Positions 10,651 through 19,761 of a stretch of 64,000 bases of DNA are shown one piece after another. The position numbers and the translations under genes were made by a program. The DNA is taken from assembly GCA_050013255.1 (NCBI GenBank), contig JBEKFP010000001.1:512001-576000 (forward strand). Reading direction: 5' to 3'. The notes under the pieces are model-generated. The model was not told the DNA's origin and did no database searches. It was given only the letters and a program-made list of their open reading frames with translations. How positions within the stretch are numbered: the stretch's first letter is position 1; every line of letters begins with the position of its first letter. The stretch comes from Candidatus Bathyarchaeia archaeon (lineage in GTDB: Archaea > Thermoproteota > Bathyarchaeia > 40CM-2-53-6).

Positions 10651-11385
10651 TCAGTAGTTCACGCTCTGCACGTAGATGTCGCCGAGCATGCAGATTTTGG
10701 GAACGTAGAATGATTCGCAGGTCCAAGAAGACGGCGCGACTAGTAGGCCCGTTAATCGGCTTACGTGGGTGCCGTTTGGGGCAGTTGGCAGGAATGAGCT
10801 ACCGTCACTGTTTAGGAGCCTGTAGTATTGCGGGGGAGGGTAACAGTCCATTGTGCCTGTGCATTCGGTGGCGGGTGGAATGTAGAGGTAAGTGAGAAGG
10901 AATGAGGGGGCGCCGCATTGCGGGTAGCATTGGGGGCTTTCCACGACTGTGTAGACATATCCACTGGCTGTGATTGGTACGCCGCTGATGGTGGTCGACT
11001 GTTCCATGGAACCGCTAATCACGGTTGCACTTGACGCCGTTGCTGTGCCATAACTGATGGAGAACGCGGTTGTTGGCGCTATGGAAATCGAGAGAACATG
11101 GATTACTTCCTTACCCTGCATACAGTAGCTCGCTACGTCCTTCTCAAAGTAACCTGTCACAGAAACCCTAGTGCCGAAGCCAGGATAATTGGTTGAGCCA
11201 GCTAAGAGGTACTGTGTCCCATCGTCGGCTTGAAGGATCACGCAACCAGCTTCAACCCCTGGCTTCAAGCTTCCCGTGACTGTTATTTGGTTCGAACGAT
11301 GGTCGAAAATGGGCCCAACAAAAGACCAACCGGCCACAACGCTAGCCAAGACGAGAACTGAAACCACGATGGCTAGCTTATTCAA
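10651..11385 (-). CDS. Secreted or membrane-anchored Cys-rich hypothetical protein
   Basis: N-terminal hydrophobic signal; GVEAGC..CMQG domain; Ser/Thr linker; 6-Cys C-terminal domain. Confidence 0.7.
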   Translation of the reverse strand: MNKLAIVVSVLVLASVVAGWSFVGPIFDHRSNQITVTGSLKPGVEAGCVILQADDGTQYLLAGSTNYPGFGTRVSVTGYFEKDVASYCMQGKEVIHVLSISIAPTTAFSISYGTATASSATVISGSMEQSTTISGVPITASGYVYTVVESPQCYPQCGAPSFLLTYLYIPPATECTGTMDCYPPPQYYRLLNSDGSSFLPTAPNGTHVSRLTGLLVAPSSWTCESFYVPKICMLGDIYVQSVNY

Positions 11386-11669
11386 AGTTATCGCGACCAG
11401 ATGGAGCGTGCTGCACCGATAAACCCAGAGATTAGAACAGTAGATTACTTGTCACGTCGTTGTTGCAGGAGTTTCGAAAATGGGGTGGGGAAGGAGCGTC
11501 GGACCAATAGAAACGCGGACATATGCACTCAAGATGACTGTTCCTGAAGTGCTAAGAACCCTTGATCTCCGCTAGGTGAGGAGTAAGGAGGCGGACGCCA
11601 ACCAGCCTTCTCCCAGAGGGATAGGGATTCCTGATAGGGCTGTGCACCATTAGACGCCACATACTTGGA

Positions 11670-12218
11670 CTAGAGCATTATGGCGGCAGCGATTGCTGTC
11701 GTCCACAGCCCGTCCTTGTTGCCTTCTGCTGATTGGCAAATGCTTCTGGTGGTGACCCTCATGCCTGATATGTTCCATATCTCTTGCTTGATGTCCCAAG
11801 CATTGTCAACATCAAACGGCACGCCATGTGTCGACGCGAGCATTGAAGCAGCCAGATCTTCGGCGTAGTCACCAGCTTTCTCCTGCGTCTGACCATATGA
11901 CTTGTGTTCAGACAGGTAACCGTACACTGTTCTGTCGTACGGCAGTGCCATACCTATGGCTGCAGCCATCAGCCTGTTCGGCTCATTCGTGTCAATCCGG
12001 CTCATTACGCAGAATAGTATTTGACCGGGTTTCAGAAGTTGCAAGCCCTCGTTCTTCGGCAATACGTTGCAGTTGGGAGGTACGATGCTTGACACGTAGA
12101 CTAGGTTATAGGAGGCTATGCCTGCATCACGAAGAGCCAATTCGAAACTTGTCAGTCTTTCTTTGTGGGTACCGACGCCCTTTGTGAGGAATATCTTCTC
12201 CGGAACGTTGACGTTCAT
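11670..12218 (-). CDS. pdaD: Pyruvoyl-dependent arginine decarboxylase
   Basis: SFELALRDAGIASYNLVYVSSIVP with SS cleavage site; YGYLSEH. Confidence 0.93.
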   Translation of the reverse strand: MNVNVPEKIFLTKGVGTHKERLTSFELALRDAGIASYNLVYVSSIVPPNCNVLPKNEGLQLLKPGQILFCVMSRIDTNEPNRLMAAAIGMALPYDRTVYGYLSEHKSYGQTQEKAGDYAEDLAASMLASTHGVPFDVDNAWDIKQEIWNISGMRVTTRSICQSAEGNKDGLWTTAIAAAIML

Positions 12219-12335
12219 CTAGGATACGATCAACAATGTTTCCTGGACGTTCTTCAAGATTGCCATTGGTCTTGGCACGCCTAGTGTGTTCAGTAACAAC
12301 AGTTGCTCTACTTGATCCATGCTGACGCTAGCCAT
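12219..12335 (-). CDS. Candidate 38-aa upstream/leader ORF abutting pdaD
   Basis: MASVSMDQVEQLLLLNTLGVPRPMAILKNVQETLLIVS; its TAG is immediately followed by the pdaD ATG in the same frame. Confidence 0.4.
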   Translation of the reverse strand: MASVSMDQVEQLLLLNTLGVPRPMAILKNVQETLLIVS

Positions 12336-12471
12336 CGAGTCTATGTTGAGAAAGAGTAGTTCAGGGTCGCCGCCGTGAAACTCTGGGATCGACTGAAAAC
12401 GTTAAGTCCCAAGTAGATGTAATCATATAGGAAGCCGAAAGTTAGGCAAGAAGAGTAGACTATGCCGCGGG

Positions 12472-12738
12472 TTGCGAAAAAGCTCGAAGACAGAGTATGC
12501 CCTAGCTGTCATCAATCAACCTACTACCTCTGTGGAACTTGCGACTACTGAGAAAATCTGGACGAAGGAAAGAGAAGCCCACCAGTTCACTTTTCGATGT
12601 GATTCATGCAACGGTGAATACCTGTTCAAAGACGATGAAGTTATCGAGAAGACACACGGTCGGAACCCAGCCGGTGAAACTACGGCCATTCATCATTGCG
12701 AAATTGAGGCCGCACTACATCGGTTTTGGGGACATTAA
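12472..12738 (+). CDS. Small hypothetical protein, possible metal binding
   Basis: CDSC plus distal HHC. Confidence 0.5.
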   Translation: MRKSSKTEYALAVINQPTTSVELATTEKIWTKEREAHQFTFRCDSCNGEYLFKDDEVIEKTHGRNPAGETTAIHHCEIEAALHRFWGH

Positions 12739-12980
12739 TTGTCTAGTGTGTTTGCCTCAGAGTAACATGGGTTCCCCACAAAATTACACCATCCCCCCTC
12801 CCCGCACGGGTGGATCCACCCATTGAGGGGTGGTGCCAAACGGTGCCAAAAGTGCTGGCGAAACAACCCAAGATCGGCTTTGAAAGGCTGACAAGGCCTG
12901 AATTGAAAACGGTTCCTAAACGAATTACCCGAACGCTCCATGGTCCTTCTCGTCTAGCATATGTTATACGCGGGTGTGGT

Positions 12981-13175
<195 letters not shown>

Positions 13176-13260
13176 ATAAGCCAAAGGTCCTACCCCGCAC
13201 AGAACCCTCCGTAGCCATATAGCGACATAAAGCTAATGCCAGAAACTACCGCTGAGTCAA

Positions 13261-13722
13261 TCAGGCTTTGACTTTCCTCTTCGCGCTCCAGAAAGTTATA
13301 CCGCCCACAAGCAACGAGAGGATGATGACCACAAACCCGTTCGCCTCATGCAGAAGAGTCAGACTTTCTGCTCCGCTGAGCAATTGAAAACCGAGACCTA
13401 CTTGAGCTAGAACTACGATTGTGAGAATGATGATCGTGAGCTTCGAATAGATGGTAGCAGTCTTGGCCCTGAAAGCAATGGCAGCTAGCGCAACTACCAA
13501 AGCCAACCCAACAATTCCGAACAGAATGTGAACTCCAACAAGGGAGTCCATGCCGCCGGTCACGACAAAACCCAAGATGAGTTGAACTACTGCGCCGAGC
13601 AAAACAACTGTCCCCAAAACTGGAATAAGTTTCAAAACAAATACCCAACCCGGTTCGAGCGCGGCGTCTGCATCTTTAAGCTTGACGGCCACGCAACCAA
13701 ATTGCGAGCGCCCAAAAAACAA
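13261..13722 (-). CDS. Four-TM membrane protein with TM histidines (cytochrome b-like topology); start probably downstream
   Basis: Four hydrophobic helices; GVHILFG and LLHEANG. Confidence 0.65.
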   Translation of the reverse strand: MFFGRSQFGCVAVKLKDADAALEPGWVFVLKLIPVLGTVVLLGAVVQLILGFVVTGGMDSLVGVHILFGIVGLALVVALAAIAFRAKTATIYSKLTIIILTIVVLAQVGLGFQLLSGAESLTLLHEANGFVVIILSLLVGGITFWSAKRKVKA

Positions 13723-13802
13723 TCCGTTAGCAACAGGCCGAGTGATACTCTTGTTTTACTAAGGTGATGCGTTATGGCATCCCGTAAATGATTAATATCG
13801 AA

Positions 13803-13932
13803 GGAACTGGAGACACCGCTCTTGGGAGAGTCTGCTACCTCTTCTCTCTCCGGGACGGAGAGTTATCTTAGGGTTCATGGCAGCGCTCTCCCGAGAAACT
13901 TCTCACAATTCTTGCGGTGGCCGAAGGGTTCC
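13803..13932 (+). ncRNA. Candidate structured small RNA (long irregular hairpin)
   Basis: Nested stems GGAAC/GTTCC, CACCGC/GCGGTG, TCTTGGGAGAG/CTCTCCCGAGA, CTGCTA/TGGCAG and CTCTCCG/CGGAGAG; G-U pairs favour the + strand. Confidence 0.4.
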
Positions 13933-13992
13933 GTTAAGGTAAGTCAAATTCCAAGCTCCGCTACGGAATCAGCGTAGAGCGTTGTTCCTGTC

Positions 13993-14289
13993 CTAGGCCC
14001 AGGTGTAGAAAACGCGGCGTGCAGGGTAGTAGACTGGGGTGTAGCCTTGGTAGTAGTAGCCTGGGGAGTAGCCCGGATTGTAATCTTGGAAGTAGCCCGG
14101 GTAGGCTGGATACGGGTACCAGTACCTCGGCCTTGTGGCATACCACGCAGCGGCACCGAACCCTAAGCCTGCGAGGGCACCTGCGCCTATGCCCACTCCC
14201 GCGCCCGTTAAACCGGCCGCAGTGTAACCTAACGCTCCGCCTGCCGCAGCCCCGAGCAATGCTCCGGCTGCGAGAAGGAAAATTGGCAA
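13993..14289 (-). CDS. Glycine-zipper membrane peptide with Tyr/Pro-rich tail
   Basis: GxxxG repeats (GALLGAAAGGALG..GAGALAGLG) followed by YPYPAYPGY..YNPGYSPGYYY. Confidence 0.7.
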   Translation of the reverse strand: MPIFLLAAGALLGAAAGGALGYTAAGLTGAGVGIGAGALAGLGFGAAAWYATRPRYWYPYPAYPGYFQDYNPGYSPGYYYQGYTPVYYPARRVFYTWA

Positions 14290-14448
14290 TTCTAATCCCT
14301 ACAGAAGGGGTGCAGAGCACGCATATAGCGTTTTATCAAAACTGCTAGTACGGGTAACGGAAAACGACGTCGGCGTACGGTGGGTGGTCCGATTTTGTGT
14401 GGAAACTGTGTTACTCATCCCGACCCTGGGAAAAGAATGTGGGGTTGA

Positions 14449-14838
14449 TTACGCGAAGGGCCCTACGCCTTCGGTGATCTTAATCGCTTGCACTGGGCAT
14501 TGGATTTCGCATGCCCGGCAGAAGATGCAGTCCCGTTCTCGGGTCGGGTCGGCCTTCCAACGGTCTAGCAGCGTTTTGCCGCTGTCGTTCGGAATCTGCT
14601 TGTCAATCTTCTCCTGCTCAGCGGCTATGTCCATTTTGTCGAATACGTTTACTGGGCAGACTGAGATGCAGATGCCGTCTGCGATGCAAATGTCGAAGTC
14701 AACCGCGACAGCGACACCATGCACGCCGTACTCTTTGCTAACGCCGTCTTTCCAGCGTACCTCATGGCCTTCGTGATCTTCTTTCTTGGGCCATTCGTTT
14801 GGGAAGGAAGCATCATCAATTATCCGTCTTTCAGTCAT
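14449..14838 (-). CDS. Dicluster ferredoxin, zinc-containing Sulfolobus/Thermoplasma type
   Basis: VDFDICIADGICISVCPV and DCIFCRACEIQCP; His-containing N-terminal extension (DHEGH, GVHG). Confidence 0.9.
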   Translation of the reverse strand: MTERRIIDDASFPNEWPKKEDHEGHEVRWKDGVSKEYGVHGVAVAVDFDICIADGICISVCPVNVFDKMDIAAEQEKIDKQIPNDSGKTLLDRWKADPTRERDCIFCRACEIQCPVQAIKITEGVGPFA

Positions 14839-15086
14839 CGATTACACCAATCGGGTTGCGGGAAGGTTGGGATGTATTAAGAAGATTTGCGTGTCACAAC
14901 CGAACCTGACAATAGCCCCAGGAAAATATTCGATCTGTCCGCCTGGGCACAAACAGCCATCCCTCAGGAGGGTTGGTTGTCCCGCCAACACATAGGGGTG
15001 TGCTACACCCCTCTTCTCGGTTTACTACGCGCTTGCCATGGGCGGTTAACCCTAAGCGAGGTCTATGGAATCCAGCCGTTCTGCCT

Positions 15087-15260
15087 TCAAACGCCATCGA
15101 ACTTGGACAGACAACTTGGACAAACGCAATCTTTCGCCTGATTCCGTAGCCTCGCCAACGCTTCATCGCTCAAGGACATATCCGTGCACCAACACCCGCT
15201 GCTACCCACACCGCATGAGAAAGTTGACCCGCAAATTTCACACTGGATAGTTCGAGGCAT
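15087..15260 (-). CDS. Cysteine-rich CWC family protein
   Basis: CEICGSTFSC..CWC..CVCPSCL. Confidence 0.85.
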   Translation of the reverse strand: MPRTIQCEICGSTFSCGVGSSGCWCTDMSLSDEALARLRNQAKDCVCPSCLSKFDGV

Positions 15261-15348
15261 GGGGCTCACGTTAAGAGGGTTAATGTGCAATATTTCAAGT
15301 AGCCCTATCTGATACGAGAGCTCAGATGATGCGGTAGGTGCAGCAGGT

Positions 15349-16266
15349 TTGCGAATCGTCTCATTTCTACCAAGCGCGACAGAAATCATTTATGCGCTCG
15401 AGCTTGGAAGCGAACTGGTTGGCGTGTCCCATGAATGCGATTTTCCATCCGACGCTAAGGGAAAGCCCAAGATGATTGAACCTGCATTTGATACAAGAAA
15501 ACTGGAAAGCGAAAGAATCGACCAACTGGTAATCGATTACACAAAGCGCGGAGAGCGATTATACAGAATAAAATTAGACGAATTCAGGAAAGCAAACCCG
15601 GACCTAGTGGTCACACAGGAATTGTGCGATGTGTGCGCTATTGGAGCGGAAGATGTCCTAGCCGCCGTTAACCAACTAGGGAAACCGGTGAAAGTTGTCT
15701 CACTCAACCCCCACTCACTGAACGATATTGAAAGCGACATTAGAAGCGTAGGGGAAGCGGCTGGCCGCCCTGAGAAAGCTGAGCAGCTGATCGCTAAATT
15801 GAACGATAAGGTGGAGGCCGTCAGAAGATTAGCCGAAAATGTTCAGAGGCCACGAGTCTTTTGTGTCGAGTGGTTGAAACCTATCATGAATGCTGGCCAT
15901 TGGGTTCCAGAGATGGTAGAATACGCAGGGGGAGGCGATAAGCTCGCCGAACGTGGACAGCCGTCCAGATATATCAAGTGGGATTCAGTGTTGAAGTACG
16001 ACCCCGAGGTCATCATCCTAATGCCCTGCGGGTTCACAACAAGCAAAACAATGGAACAGGCCAGATACTTCTTCGAGCAACCAGGCGCAGAACGCCTGAA
16101 TGCTGTACGAAATGGCCGAGTTTATGCTACGGACGGGCACAACTACTTTAGCCGTTCTGGGCCAAGGCTCTTCGACGGTATAAGGACCCTAGCCCACATT
16201 ATTCATCCAGAACTATTCAATGAACCACTCGACCCACACTTGGCAAGCCGAGTGGAAGCCATCTGA
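15349..16266 (+). CDS. Cobalamin/iron-type ABC substrate-binding protein (BtuF-like, no signal peptide)
   Basis: MRIVSFLPSATEI, GVSHECDFP, QELCDVCA and FSRSGPRL. Confidence 0.88.
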   Translation: MRIVSFLPSATEIIYALELGSELVGVSHECDFPSDAKGKPKMIEPAFDTRKLESERIDQLVIDYTKRGERLYRIKLDEFRKANPDLVVTQELCDVCAIGAEDVLAAVNQLGKPVKVVSLNPHSLNDIESDIRSVGEAAGRPEKAEQLIAKLNDKVEAVRRLAENVQRPRVFCVEWLKPIMNAGHWVPEMVEYAGGGDKLAERGQPSRYIKWDSVLKYDPEVIILMPCGFTTSKTMEQARYFFEQPGAERLNAVRNGRVYATDGHNYFSRSGPRLFDGIRTLAHIIHPELFNEPLDPHLASRVEAI

Positions 16267-16474
16267 GCGGAACTGTGAGCCTTACAGATGACCGCGGTCT
16301 GGTGGGCGTTCGAGCGGCCTAGGTTCACGTTCGATTGGATGCCACGGAATAGTTATGGAAGACTCGTACTTCATCGAGGCGTATGCAAATGTTGCTTTCA
16401 TTCTTTCAGTACCTACGGTAGGGTTTGTGAGATCCACCCCATATTGACTGGTGAACTGTGATCCTAGTCAGATG

Positions 16475-17074
16475 TTAGTTGGCGACCGGTGCCGGGCTCG
16501 CCACTTGCACCATTTCTTCCGCAACTTTCGTGATGTGGTCGAAGAGTTGGTAGGCCGCGGCGATTTGTTCTGACTCAGTTTGATTTGTGTATGAATCAGC
16601 GCCTATGGTTATTTTGCCGCCGCCGATGCGGGCTTGAAGTTGCATTCGGCCGTCTTCGCTGATCCAGCTCATGGAAAGTTGGCTACCGTCGTGGGAGTAT
16701 CCCAGCCAACGGAAGTTACTGAACCATCTGCCCCTAAGCTTCTGGAAGAGCACAGTCACGTCAACCTGACTTGGCAAATACGCGTCGATTATTGGTTTGG
16801 CGAGTGACTGGTTCGTTTGAACTGCAAATGAGTAAATGCTTCCCGTTCCTTTGAGCTTATACCCTTCCGGAGATCTTTCAATCACGTGAGCTTCTTCAAG
16901 GCGTTTCAGGGTGCGCGTGAGGGTTTCCTGGTGTAACCCTAGCCTTCTCCTCAAGCCTTGGAACGAGAAGTGCGCGTTCTGCTCACTTGACAGTAGCTTC
17001 AAGACCTCGCGCTCCCGTTCGTCGAGGTCAAATTCCTCAAAGTCCGGATTCAAATCGATACTAGGTGCTAACAA
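16475..17074 (-). CDS. Winged-helix DNA-binding protein
   Basis: FSFQGLRRRLGLHQETLTRTLKRL wHTH. Confidence 0.78.
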   Translation of the reverse strand: MLAPSIDLNPDFEEFDLDEREREVLKLLSSEQNAHFSFQGLRRRLGLHQETLTRTLKRLEEAHVIERSPEGYKLKGTGSIYSFAVQTNQSLAKPIIDAYLPSQVDVTVLFQKLRGRWFSNFRWLGYSHDGSQLSMSWISEDGRMQLQARIGGGKITIGADSYTNQTESEQIAAAYQLFDHITKVAEEMVQVASPAPVAN

Positions 17075-17216
17075 GGTTGAATGACGCTAGTCCGTAAACC
17101 GCCTTATATTGACTAGTTCCAATTGTTGAGTAAATCGATTATCTTTTAAGTGTATTCCATGTATACGTTATGATTCAAGGCTAGCTAGCTCGAAACGTTT
17201 CGAGGTGAAGCGTAAG

Positions 17217-17255
17217 GTGGCAAAAGGCCACAAAAAGAAGAAAATGAAGAAATAA
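17217..17255 (+). CDS. Tiny Lys-rich peptide MAKGHKKKKMKK
   Basis: GAGGTGA Shine-Dalgarno upstream of GTG; TATA-like TTTTAAG near 17144-17150; oligo-T tracts downstream. Confidence 0.5.
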   Translation: MAKGHKKKKMKK

Positions 17256-17278
17256 GACGCTAAATGTAGCTGAGCAGC

Positions 17279-17325
17279 GTTTTTCCACGTTTTTTCCCCG
17301 ATTATTTTTCTTCAGTAATTTTTCG
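17279..17325 (+). terminator. Archaeal oligo-T terminator tracts
   Basis: Several T5-T6 runs right after the small ORF. Confidence 0.5.
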
Positions 17326-17498
17326 TAATGAAAATCCCTTGCTGAAAGCGGCCCAGGTTCTCCTTAATGGTGCCGTGGAAAAGGCTGCGCTGCCCCAAGT
17401 GGACTCCGCATTCGCAGTTGCCCGCTGTTGCTACGGTCTTCTTGGGATTGGGTAAAGTATTGCTGCGCGTCGAATAGGCTGGAGAATAGGGAAGTAGA

Positions 17499-18281
17499 AT
17501 GAAGCTAAGTTCGATGAAGATTTTCTTCTTTGACCTTGACGGTGTGCTCTCAACGGGAAAGGAAAACCTGCGCTACTTGGGTGGCCGTGAAGTTGTGGAG
17601 AAGATCAGGTCTCTAGGGAAGAAGGCTCTCATTCTGACAAACGACTCGACGCACACGCGGCAAGAGATTCAACAAAACCTAGCGAGCCTAGGCTTCCTAT
17701 TTGCGTTCGATGATATACTAACATCAAGTTTCCTCACGGCGAATTACCTCAGCCAAAAGTTTGGGAAAGCGTCATTTTTCCTAATTGGCGAGGACGGATT
17801 GAAACGCGAACTTGAAACAGCAGGTCACCAAGTATCTGAGACCAAGCCTCAGGTTGTGGTAGTCGGTTTAGACAGAAAATTGACATATGAAAAGTTGGAC
17901 AATGCTTTGAGATTCCTCCGGGAAGGGGCTAGGTTGGTCGGCAGCTATGGCGGGGCTGTCTACATGAGTGACCATGGGCCTGCACTTTCAGCAGGGCCAA
18001 TTATCAGGGCTTTGGAGTATGGGTCGAACAAGAAGGCGATTATGATCGGTAAACCGTCGCCGCGAATGTTCCGGCTGGCACTTCAACGAGCACGCGAAAA
18101 ACCTTCGCACGCTGTTATGATTGGAGACCAAATAGAAACGGACCTGCTGGGAGCCCGAAAGGCCGGCGTTCATACAGTCCTAGTCCTAACCGGGGTAGAA
18201 ACACGAGACACTATCAGACTTTCCAAAATCAAACCCGACGCGGTGATCGAAACAGTAGACGGCCTTGAAAGCCTCTTCTAA
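17499..18281 (+). CDS. HAD-IIA family hydrolase (NagD-like)
   Basis: DLDGVL, LTND, GKPS and GDQIETD. Confidence 0.92.
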   Translation: MKLSSMKIFFFDLDGVLSTGKENLRYLGGREVVEKIRSLGKKALILTNDSTHTRQEIQQNLASLGFLFAFDDILTSSFLTANYLSQKFGKASFFLIGEDGLKRELETAGHQVSETKPQVVVVGLDRKLTYEKLDNALRFLREGARLVGSYGGAVYMSDHGPALSAGPIIRALEYGSNKKAIMIGKPSPRMFRLALQRAREKPSHAVMIGDQIETDLLGARKAGVHTVLVLTGVETRDTIRLSKIKPDAVIETVDGLESLF

Positions 18282-18341
18282 TCATAACGCTTAAGACTAC
18301 CGCGCCCTTGTTGGTGTTTCACCGTTTGAACAGAAGTCGAC

Positions 18342-18899
18342 TTGAAAATGTCAGATGAACAAGGACAAGCAGCCGGCGTTTCGGCACCACCTGTAAAGGT
18401 TAGCGGACTTGGCCCCTACTCGAAGCAAGTCAATACAACCGTCAAGGTTGTCCAGAAGGGCGAAGCACGGGAAACCGTTTCCCGACAAGACGGGACAACA
18501 CATCGCGTGTTGGACGCGCTTGTTGGAGACGATACCGGTGCGATCTACATGACCCTTTGGGACGACAACATTGACAAAGTGAATGAGGGCGACACAGTGA
18601 ACGTCAAGAACGGGTACGTGAGACCCTTCAAGGGTTCGATGCGCCTTAACATAGGCCGTTACGGTACCCTAGAGCCAGCAGAAACTGCCCTCAGCGACGT
18701 GAACACACAGAACAACCTGTCCGACAAGCTCGTTGAAGAAGAAAGACCTTACCGCTCCTTCGGCGGCGGAAGACGCTATGGCGGAGGCGGCGGAGGCTAC
18801 GGGCGCGGCGGCGGTGGCGGCGGTGGCGGCGGCGGGTATGGTAGAGACCGGGGCAGAGGCGGCTACGGCGGCAGAGGCCGCGGACGCGACCGGTACTAG
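18342..18899 (+). CDS. ssb: Single-stranded DNA-binding protein, single OB fold with Gly/Arg tail
   Basis: VGDDTGAIYMTLWD..NGYV..LNIGRYG; RGG-rich tail. Confidence 0.88.
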   Translation: MKMSDEQGQAAGVSAPPVKVSGLGPYSKQVNTTVKVVQKGEARETVSRQDGTTHRVLDALVGDDTGAIYMTLWDDNIDKVNEGDTVNVKNGYVRPFKGSMRLNIGRYGTLEPAETALSDVNTQNNLSDKLVEEERPYRSFGGGRRYGGGGGGYGRGGGGGGGGGGYGRDRGRGGYGGRGRGRDRY

Positions 18900-19088
18900 A
18901 GTTCGAATTTGCAGCAGACCGCTGCGGAAAAACCCCTTCAATCTTTTTTCTTTAATCTTCTAAACCCAACTCATCTCGACAGCATCAGGATAAGGGCGAA
19001 GTTTCTTCGGAAACCTTTGACTGTGAATACCGTAACCTCTCTCGCGCAGAATTTCGCCCAACCGTAACGCCGTTCGGCCTATAACTTC

Positions 19089-19727
19089 CTAAAGCGACGG
19101 AAGAATGTAATGCGTGACGAAGTAGAGTAACAGGAAGTATACGACGAGTAACCCAATCGAAATCAGCAAGTTCCTCTTCCACTGCGTGCTCCAAGCTATG
19201 CCTAACGGTAGCCCGAGTGAGAACCCTATGATGTGCGAGACGTAGGCAACATCACTCTGCTGTTGGTAATAGACCGCCAACCCATTGTAAAGGAAGTACA
19301 GTATGGCAACTAGCCCTACAGGCATCAGCAAGAGCCACGACCACCTCAAAGGTTTCATCAACATCACTACGGCGGTCAGCGTGAAGATTGCGGCAGAAGC
19401 ACCGACAAAGCTCGTGCCAGGCGGAAAGAAGGGCAAACTCAGCGGAAAACTAAGTATGCCTCCTAGGAAGAAAGCAGTGAGCATCTTTCTGTGAGAGTTT
19501 GTCACACTCTCCAAAGTATTTCCGAAAACGTACAGGAAAATCATGTTTCCTAGTATGTGAAGTATGCTGGCGTGGACGAAGATGGCTGTAACAAGTGTCC
19601 AAACTCTTCCCTCTTGCAAATTATTAAGGCTGAAAGCAAGGTAACGATCAACATCCGCGGGAGTTAAGGTCCAAGCATAAAGAGTTACCAGAATGCAAAT
19701 CAGAATGAGAATGTTTGTGGCACGCAT
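19089..19727 (-). CDS. Rhomboid family intramembrane serine protease
   Basis: HASILHILGNM, GASAA and SHIIG. Confidence 0.9.
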   Translation of the reverse strand: MRATNILILICILVTLYAWTLTPADVDRYLAFSLNNLQEGRVWTLVTAIFVHASILHILGNMIFLYVFGNTLESVTNSHRKMLTAFFLGGILSFPLSLPFFPPGTSFVGASAAIFTLTAVVMLMKPLRWSWLLLMPVGLVAILYFLYNGLAVYYQQQSDVAYVSHIIGFSLGLPLGIAWSTQWKRNLLISIGLLVVYFLLLYFVTHYILPSL

Positions 19728-19761
19728 GGCTGGCAAACCCACTGGGACAATCCCACAACCC

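Noticed and set aside
15260-15349. Possible cobalamin riboswitch before the BtuF-like gene
   Set aside because: The gap is too short and no consensus elements are visible.
16282-16401. 39-aa minus-strand ORF ending RPPDRGHL
   Set aside because: No supporting SD, motif or downstream gene; could be chance.
18760-18890. GGC-rich repeats
   Set aside because: They encode the Gly/Arg tail of SSB; not a CRISPR or satellite.
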